Positions 57,514 through 64,000 of a stretch of 64,000 nucleotides of DNA are shown here, piece after piece. How positions within the stretch are numbered: the first letter of the stretch is position 1; each line of letters starts with the position of its first letter. The stretch comes from Planctomycetota bacterium (GTDB lineage Bacteria; Planctomycetota; UBA8108; SXIK01). Under the pieces are notes generated by a model. That model made no database searches. It worked only from the letters and a program-made list of their open reading frames with translations, and was not told the DNA's origin. Position numbers and translations under genes: made by a program. The stretch lies in the NCBI GenBank assembly GCA_965223845.1, contig CBDCXR010000004.1, forward strand, positions 7,520,001 through 7,584,000, in the 5' to 3' direction.

Positions 57514-59151
57514 TCAGCGCGGTTCGCAGTTGAACTGCTCGCACGAAAGAGGTGCATCGCCCGGAGTCGGATCGTCGTCACACGTTCCGTCGCCAAGCGG
57601 CCGCCCGAACGGCGAAGCCGGCTCTCGGCCGTTGGCAAAGAGATACGTGAGAAGCGAGATCGCGTCGGCGATGTCGACTCCGTTGTCGTCGTTGACGTCG
57701 GCGGCCGCCTGACAGGTCGGCTTGCGCGTTCCCTGAAAGAGGAACTGGAGAAGGAAGATCGCGTCCGAGACGTCGATGCTCGAGTCCGGGTTGATGTAGC
57801 CGCGGACGAACGGGCGAATGACACCCGTCGGAATCCGAAAGAGGCAGACGTCTTCGGCGGTCGAAGTCTCGAGCTTCCCTTCGACGCGGATCCCCGTCAG
57901 TCGGCTCGGATAATGGCCGAGCTTCGAGAAGCGGAGCGTGTAGTCTCCCGGTGGAATGTCCTCGAAGGTGTAGCGTCCGGTGGCATCGGACCTCGCCAGG
58001 TGTCCGTCCGGCTCCGCCCGGACGAGGACGCCGCTCACGGGTTGACCGGAGTCGCAGTCGCGCGTGATGCCGGTGAGCGTTCCTTGGCTGAAGTAGATCT
58101 TGCCGTGGATGAGATTCGGAGGGACGCTCGAGTCGCCGAAGATGTAGCGGGTGCCGAGGAGCCCGGCGCGACCTTCATCGTCCATGACGAGCTCCTGCCA
58201 CTCTCGTTCCGAGTCGGCGCCGTCGAGCACGTCGAATCGATACACGATCAGACTCTGCCTCGTGACGTCCTCGGGATTCGGTGACAGTTGCTGTCCGTCG
58301 AACGGCTCGCGCCCGTCGAAGAGCACGGCAACCGTGGCGCGATTCCGGCCCGGCGCGAAGTCTTCGAGGATCTCGAAGCTGAACAGCTCGATGAGGCTCC
58401 GTCCGAGCTCGGCGTTCAGGCTCGTCCCGTCCGTCGTGGCGGAGTTGAGCTGGAGGGCGTCCTTCTCGTAGGTGAACGCGATCTGAAATCCGTCGAGCGG
58501 ATTGCGATGTTGAGCGAACGCCGTGATGGGAAGGCTGCGTGACGCACCCGGAAACGCGATCGCCTGATCGAGCATCACGAGATCGGAGCCGGCCGTCACT
58601 CGAAACTCGCCGTCGATCAGGGTCGGCTCGACGCTCTCGCCGGCCGACGAAAAGCGGTTGAACTGCGCGGGAACGCCGATCCCGTCGAGCAAGCGGAGCG
58701 GGTAGACCCCGCCCACGGCAGTCGGCAGGACGTCGAACGTGAGGCGTGCGACGATGCGCGGGTTGCCCGCTTCGGGGGTCGGGGCGAGGCTTTTGAACTC
58801 GGGAGTATCGCTGAGGGTGAGGATGACTCCCATGCTCCCGAGGCCGAGATCATTGTCGATGCGGGAGCCGACGTACTCCGGTTCGAGCGCCGCGATGTGC
58901 GTGCCCGAGACCGAGGTCGAGACGAGCTCGAGGGCGTCACTCGGGTAGGAGAACGCGACGGAGTAGCCGTGGACTTCGACGTCGTTCGAGGCGGTCACGA
59001 TGACCTCGATATCGTTTTCGCCCGGACCGCCTTCGCCGTATCCAATCTGGACTTCGTTCTGTCCGCGGACACCCGAGCTCACGCTCGCCGCGATGCACAG
59101 CGCCGTGAGAAGGCGCCGCGGGGTCGAGATTCTCATCGTTTTGAACTTCAT
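57514..59151 (-). CDS. Secreted protein: two cohesin-like domains, carboxypeptidase-regulatory-like domain, C-terminal dockerin-like domain
   Basis: Signal peptide; GYSVAFSYPSDALEL and GFQIAFTYEKDALQL repeats; SDATGRYTF..PPGDY; RGYINPDSSIDVSD..CQAAADVNDDNGVDIAD. Confidence 0.7.
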   Translation of the reverse strand: MKFKTMRISTPRRLLTALCIAASVSSGVRGQNEVQIGYGEGGPGENDIEVIVTASNDVEVHGYSVAFSYPSDALELVSTSVSGTHIAALEPEYVGSRIDNDLGLGSMGVILTLSDTPEFKSLAPTPEAGNPRIVARLTFDVLPTAVGGVYPLRLLDGIGVPAQFNRFSSAGESVEPTLIDGEFRVTAGSDLVMLDQAIAFPGASRSLPITAFAQHRNPLDGFQIAFTYEKDALQLNSATTDGTSLNAELGRSLIELFSFEILEDFAPGRNRATVAVLFDGREPFDGQQLSPNPEDVTRQSLIVYRFDVLDGADSEREWQELVMDDEGRAGLLGTRYIFGDSSVPPNLIHGKIYFSQGTLTGITRDCDSGQPVSGVLVRAEPDGHLARSDATGRYTFEDIPPGDYTLRFSKLGHYPSRLTGIRVEGKLETSTAEDVCLFRIPTGVIRPFVRGYINPDSSIDVSDAIFLLQFLFQGTRKPTCQAAADVNDDNGVDIADAISLLTYLFANGREPASPFGRPLGDGTCDDDPTPGDAPLSCEQFNCEPR

Positions 59152-61343
59152 TCGGCGCAGCTTAGATTGTCGCCCCGAAAGGTCGGATCGGTCGCCGGCT
59201 CTTCGAACGGCGGTGACGGGGCGGGTCCACTTTGGAAGAGGTAAAAGAGCAGCCGGACGGGATCGTTGATGTCGATCGCGCCGTTGTCGTCGACGTCCGC
59301 GGCGTCGAGGCATTTGAGCGACGAGTCGCCGAAGAGATACTCGAGAATCGCGAGCACGTCGGCGATGTTCACGCCGTCGTCTCGATTGGCGTCTCCGCGG
59401 CGAAAGAGGACGGTGAAGAACGGATGCAGCAAGACCTGAAAGATCGCCTTTTGCTCACGTCCGGCGATGAGGAGAGTATTGTCGGAAACCTCGACCCCAC
59501 CGAACGCCTCGGGGTTCGCGAAGATTTCGCCGAGACCTTCTAGCGCGAACTCGAAGTCGGTCACAACGCAGCCTCCCTGGCCGTCGACTTCAGCGAACAG
59601 CTCGCGCACGTGGCCGTCTCCGAAGGCCGAGAGGATCGTTTGCTGCGCCGGATCGAACGCGACCCCGGTCTCGAGCGGGACGCCGTCGCCGGGTGGAGGG
59701 AACCGCGGGAAGCACTCCGACTTCAAGCGGCCGTCCGCGCCGAAGACGAGGATGTCTCGCGCCTCGAGCTCGACGCACATCAGTTGCTGCTCGTCTGCAA
59801 CGTAGGAGAGACCACCGATGCGCGCGTCGGGCGACGGCATGTTGAGCGAGAGGGTCGTCACTCGCGCGCCGTCGGCGGCAGAGATGAGAGCTACGAGGCC
59901 ACCGTCCATTTGGGCGACGGCGAGCAAGTCGGTGAACGTCGTGAACGGCGGCTGACCGGGGAGGCCGAGGTTCGGGATGTCGATTCGCGGGAGATAGCAG
60001 ATTCCACCCGGTCGTTCCCAGGGGCTCGGAAGTTCGCCGATCGGCGCCAGCGACGAATCGTAGCGTTGGATCGTGCCCTCGAAGTTGTCGGTCGTGAAGA
60101 TCTCGCCGCTCGCGGGATTGCGTGCGATGTCGAAGACGGTGTTCCCGGTGATCGGCGCCCATCGCACGATTCCGCCCGCTCCGACCGTGACCTCGCAGGG
60201 AAAGCTCTCCGGACTCATCGTGCCGCCCCGCTCTTCGCTCGCGCTCACGGTGTAGCTCGTGACACCCTCCTTGGGGCTGGTGTCGAGAAACGTCTCGCGC
60301 GAGCCCGGAACGGTCGCGAGCGGGAGTCCGTTGCGCGTGACGAGGACCTCGCCGCCGTACGCGCCCGCGAAACCGGCGCCGCGGTTCTTCCACTCGAGCG
60401 ACACTTGGTTCGACGGCGTCAGGGTGCAGGTGAGCCACGCGGGGGCGGCGATCTCGGGGAGCGTGTGCTCGACCTCCACAATTTCCCCGGCTCCGGTGAG
60501 CACCATCGCCCGTAGGCGCATTCCTTGGCGAAACACGGTGAACCCGCCCGCGATGACACCCGGAACGTCGAGGAGAGGGAGATGGACACCGCTCTCCGTT
60601 CCGTTCAAATGGATCTGAATCAACTGTCCGGGACCGCTGCGAAAGAGGTCGCCGTGGGCCACGTACAGCCTCGACGTGAGCCCGCCTTCCGGGGTCGGCA
60701 CAGCGGAATACGCGACCCCGTCGCCGCGCACGTCCGCGGCCGCCGGGTCGTCGCCCGGAACGAGCAGCGTCCGCGTGATCGTGCCGGTCATGTCGAAGCG
60801 CACCACGAGGTCGTTCGCGATATCGAGCGTCCAGAGCGCCTGGCTCGCTCCGTCGTAGGTGAGTCCGCGCAGCCGGCTCGAGTCGGGGTCCGGCGGAATG
60901 AGCTCGAAGCTTCCGTCCTCGACTTCGGTGCCGTCGGTCCCGAGTTCACGAACGAACCACTGCGGCCCGTCTTGAGCGAGAACGAACAGAGTCTCGGAGG
61001 ATTCCCGGTAAGCGATCCCGTAGGTGAGGATGAAATCCGGGATGACGCCCGTCCCGTGCGGATTGTCGATCGTGGCCGTCAGCTCCGCGAGCTGCGAATC
61101 GATCCCGTAGATCTTGCCGTCGAGGCGAGTCGAGACCCAAACCGTTCCGGAGCCGGCGTCCGGCGCGAAGGTGAGGTCGGACGGCCCGGCGCTCACGAGC
61201 AGCTCGGAGATTCGGAGAACATCCCCGTTCTCAGCGACCGCAGTCCGCGGAAAGTACGCCGTGGCAGCCGCGATCGCGATCGCTAGCAAATACGCACGGG
61301 AGGGAGATCGACACACGCAGGGCGCGAAACAGCGCAGAGTCAT
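59148..61343 (-). CDS. Secreted beta-propeller/Fn3-like protein with C-terminal dockerin-like domain
   Basis: Signal peptide; propeller-like repeats; Fn3-like VSLEW..YTVSA; RGDANRDDGVNIAD..CLDAADVDDNGAIDIND. Confidence 0.72.
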   Translation of the reverse strand: MTLRCFAPCVCRSPSRAYLLAIAIAAATAYFPRTAVAENGDVLRISELLVSAGPSDLTFAPDAGSGTVWVSTRLDGKIYGIDSQLAELTATIDNPHGTGVIPDFILTYGIAYRESSETLFVLAQDGPQWFVRELGTDGTEVEDGSFELIPPDPDSSRLRGLTYDGASQALWTLDIANDLVVRFDMTGTITRTLLVPGDDPAAADVRGDGVAYSAVPTPEGGLTSRLYVAHGDLFRSGPGQLIQIHLNGTESGVHLPLLDVPGVIAGGFTVFRQGMRLRAMVLTGAGEIVEVEHTLPEIAAPAWLTCTLTPSNQVSLEWKNRGAGFAGAYGGEVLVTRNGLPLATVPGSRETFLDTSPKEGVTSYTVSASEERGGTMSPESFPCEVTVGAGGIVRWAPITGNTVFDIARNPASGEIFTTDNFEGTIQRYDSSLAPIGELPSPWERPGGICYLPRIDIPNLGLPGQPPFTTFTDLLAVAQMDGGLVALISAADGARVTTLSLNMPSPDARIGGLSYVADEQQLMCVELEARDILVFGADGRLKSECFPRFPPPGDGVPLETGVAFDPAQQTILSAFGDGHVRELFAEVDGQGGCVVTDFEFALEGLGEIFANPEAFGGVEVSDNTLLIAGREQKAIFQVLLHPFFTVLFRRGDANRDDGVNIADVLAILEYLFGDSSLKCLDAADVDDNGAIDINDPVRLLFYLFQSGPAPSPPFEEPATDPTFRGDNLSCAE

Positions 61344-61545
61344 TCGCACAGTCCCATTCGGGCGGTCCTTCCTGCCGCCCCGCGCGCGAATGAGCGCGGC
61401 TCGATCGGACGAGCGTCGCCGACCGTGCTCGAGGCGTTGACAATCAGGAGACAAAGCGGTACCAAAACCCAGCCGGAGAGCGCTAAGATAAGGTGGGGTG
61501 GGGGTTTACGATGCGCGGGTCCGGCTCGAAAAGAGTGGAAGGCCA

Positions 61546-61574
61546 ATTATAGCCACCCCAGAATGGCCGACCAA
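61546..61574 (-). promoter_or_regulatory. Possible sigma70 promoter of the dockerin operon
   Basis: Minus strand TTGGTC-N17-TATAAT. Confidence 0.4.
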
Positions 61575-61635
61575 ACAAAAAGGTCACGGCCGGCCGAGCA
61601 CTGGGCGTGCAGATAGGAATGGGAGGCGTCGAATC

Positions 61636-62268
61636 TTGACTTCAGCTTCCGAACGACGGATCGGCGTGTTCGGCGGAAGCTTCAACCCGATCCACAACGG
61701 CCACCTCGCGGTCGCTCGAGCCGCGATCGGGGCGCACGAGCTGGACGAGGTCTTGCTCGTTCCCGCGGCCTCGCCGCCGCACAAGCGGACGCGGGAGCTC
61801 GCGCCGGCGCCCGATCGTCTGGCGATGGCTCGTCTCGGCGCCGCCGAAGACGATCGAATCGGCGTTTCGGCGGTCGAGCTCGAGCGCGATGGCCCGAGCT
61901 ACACGGTCGACACCCTCGCGGAGCTGCGCCGCCGATTCCCCGCGAGCGAGCTCTTTTTCATCGTCGGTGCCGACTCTTGGATCGACTTTCCCACCTGGAG
62001 AGACCCCGCGGGAATCCTCGCCCTCGCCCGGCTCGTCGTCGTCAATCGACCCGGCGTTGCGTTCGACTGGACGGACGACGCGTTCGCGCGGCGGTTTTCG
62101 CCCGCCGACTTGTTGCGTCTCCAGAATGATGCAGTAACAATGCCCCCCTCTCCGGTCGAAGCAACCGATCTTCGCGCGCTCGTGCGTGCCGGTGAGTCGA
62201 TCAAACGCTTCGTTCCCCCGGGCGTGGCGGAGTACATCGCGGCGCGCGGACTCTACCGCGACGGGTGA
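61636..62268 (+). CDS. nadD: Nicotinate-nucleotide adenylyltransferase
   Basis: GVFGGSFNPIHNGH, PPHK, SYTVDTL, FIVGAD, YI...LY. Confidence 0.93.
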   Translation: MTSASERRIGVFGGSFNPIHNGHLAVARAAIGAHELDEVLLVPAASPPHKRTRELAPAPDRLAMARLGAAEDDRIGVSAVELERDGPSYTVDTLAELRRRFPASELFFIVGADSWIDFPTWRDPAGILALARLVVVNRPGVAFDWTDDAFARRFSPADLLRLQNDAVTMPPSPVEATDLRALVRAGESIKRFVPPGVAEYIAARGLYRDG

Positions 62269-62390
62269 GAGCTCGCACCTACGACGCGGCAGCCGTGTCC
62301 GCGCGAAACTTCCGCGAGGGTGCTGGACGCGGCGCTCGATCCGCTCGTGCCGCGGGCGCTGAGCGAACTCACGGTGGACGGGTGACCTGA

Positions 62391-63512
62391 ATGTCGATGA
62401 CCGTTGGCGTCCCCAAGGAGATCAAGCCGGACGAGTATCGCGTCGCCGTCGCACCGTCCGGAGTTCACGCGCTCGCCGAGCGCGGGCACGAGGTCCTCGT
62501 CGAGCGGGGTGCCGGCGCGGGAAGCGGAATCACCGACGAGGAGTACGCCGCGGCCGGCGCGCGAATCGTCGCCTCCGCCTCCGATCTCTACGCCGAGAGC
62601 TCGATCATCGTGAAGGTGAAGGAGCCTCAGCCCGAGGAGTACGGGCGCATCGAGAGTCGGCACGTCGTCTTCACGTACTTTCATTTCGCGGCGTCTCGCG
62701 CCCTCACCGACGCGATGCTCGAGAGCGGCGCAACCTGCGTCGCGTACGAGACGATCGAAGACGACGCCGGTCACCTGCCGCTGCTCACGCCGATGAGCGA
62801 GGTCGCCGGTCGGATGGCTTCGCTTCAGGGGGCGAAGTACCTCGAGAGACCCTCGGGCGGACGCGGCGTCCTGATCTCGGGAGTACCGGGAGTGGAGCCG
62901 GCGAAGGTCGTCATCCTGGGTGCGGGAGTCGTGGGCATGAACGCAGCGGGGATGGCGGCGGGAATGGGCGCGCAGGTGACGCTCTTCGACATTCGGCGCG
63001 ACCGTCTGCGCCACGTCCACGAGGTCTTGCCTCCGAACGTCACCACGCTACACTCCAATCCGTTCCTCATTGGGAAGAAGGTGGCTCAAGCCGACCTCGT
63101 GATCGGAGCGGTCCTCGTCCCCGGTGCGCGAGCGCCCTGTCTCGTCCGCCGTGAGGATGTCGCCGCGATGAAGGCCGGGTCGGTCATCGTCGACGTCGCC
63201 GTCGACCAGGGAGGCTGTATCGAGACCGGACGTCCGACGACGCACAGCGAACCCATTTACGTGGACGAGGACGTGGTGCACTATTGCGTGTCGAACATGC
63301 CGGGGGCGGTGGCTCGCACGAGCACGTTCGCGCTCGCCAGCTCCACCTTGCCGTATCTTTTGGTGTTAGCCGAGAGCGGCGTTCGCGGTCTCATCGCTAA
63401 GGGGCCGCCCACGGCGCAGGGCGTCAATGTTTGCGGCGGTCGAGTGTATCACCGAGGAGTGGCGACGACGTTCGGGCTCCCTCTGGCTTCGATCGCGGAT
63501 TGCGTTCGCTGA
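62391..63512 (+). CDS. ald: Alanine dehydrogenase
   Basis: GVPKEIK..EYRVA, KVKEP, PMSEVAGR, GAGVVG, DVAVDQGGC, NMPG. Confidence 0.95.
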   Translation: MSMTVGVPKEIKPDEYRVAVAPSGVHALAERGHEVLVERGAGAGSGITDEEYAAAGARIVASASDLYAESSIIVKVKEPQPEEYGRIESRHVVFTYFHFAASRALTDAMLESGATCVAYETIEDDAGHLPLLTPMSEVAGRMASLQGAKYLERPSGGRGVLISGVPGVEPAKVVILGAGVVGMNAAGMAAGMGAQVTLFDIRRDRLRHVHEVLPPNVTTLHSNPFLIGKKVAQADLVIGAVLVPGARAPCLVRREDVAAMKAGSVIVDVAVDQGGCIETGRPTTHSEPIYVDEDVVHYCVSNMPGAVARTSTFALASSTLPYLLVLAESGVRGLIAKGPPTAQGVNVCGGRVYHRGVATTFGLPLASIADCVR

Positions 63513-63513
63513 G

Positions 63514-64000
63514 ATGGACACACAAGCTTCGTCGGATCTCGCGGCGATTTACGCGCCGATCGAACTCGAAATGGATCGATTGCGCGAGTTTCTCGCGGTC
63601 GAGTTCACGGCGCAGGATTCGCTCATCCACGACCTTCTCGATCACGTCGCCAAGTTCCGCGGAAAGCAGCTGCGCCCGGCGCTCCTCTTTCTCGCCGGCC
63701 GGCTCGGGGGAGCTTGGGCGAACGAGACATCGGCGCCCCACGTCCGCATCGCAGCCGTCGTCGAGCTCATTCACACGGCGACACTCGTCCACGACGACAT
63801 CCTCGATGCGGCGCTCGTACGGCGTCAGATCGAGACGGTGCACCGGCGCTGGGGCGAACGAGCGGCGGTCCTCATCGGTGACTACATCTATTCGCGCGCG
63901 TTCCACCTCTCGACGCAGGTCGAGGGAATGGCGGAGGTGCTCTCCGAGACGACGAACACGATCTGCGAAGGCGAGCTTCTTCAACTCCGGAGTCGATTCA
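63514..64000 (+). CDS. Polyprenyl (octa/heptaprenyl) diphosphate synthase, truncated by the window end
   Basis: Translated by hand: GKQLRP, ELIHTATLVHDDILD..RR, AVLIGDY, EGELLQ. Confidence 0.9.
   Translation, partial: MDTQASSDLAAIYAPIELEMDRLREFLAVEFTAQDSLIHDLLDHVAKFRGKQLRPALLFLAGRLGGAWANETSAPHVRIAAVVELIHTATLVHDDILDAALVRRQIETVHRRWGERAAVLIGDYIYSRAFHLSTQVEGMAEVLSETTNTICEGELLQLRSRF

Overview
High-GC diderm bacterial chromosome segment, most likely Planctomycetota. That is an inference from the C-terminal dockerin-like export domains, tandem pilB paralogues, the TsaC-LMW-phosphatase fusion and waaA. I see no prophage, IS, CRISPR, rRNA or tRNA. Housekeeping genes: glnA/glnE, lepB, rnr, ppiD-like, alaS, rpmF-plsX-fabH-fabD-fabG-acpP-fabF-serA, xerD, secA, waaA, metK, nadD, ald and a partial polyprenyl synthase. 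Five accessory modules stand out. (1) A six-gene MglA/roadblock small-GTPase cluster beside pilB-pilB-pilC. Its MglA has a polybasic tail plus C-terminal transmembrane anchor, and its MglB has no canonical start codon (apparently ATT behind a perfect SD). (2) A nine-heme lipoprotein cytochrome + beta-barrel + Crp/Fnr (HcpR/DNR-like) operon converging on a beta-barrel + hemerythrin operon headed by a perfect TGTGA-N6-TCACA box. (3) A GlnE with two GlnD-type ACT domains and an apparently reversed AT/AR domain order. (4) A promoter- and terminator-bounded, ~215-nt structured RNA candidate. (5) A cohesin/dockerin-like secreted protein pair. All calls come from reading motifs by eye; no database searches were run.
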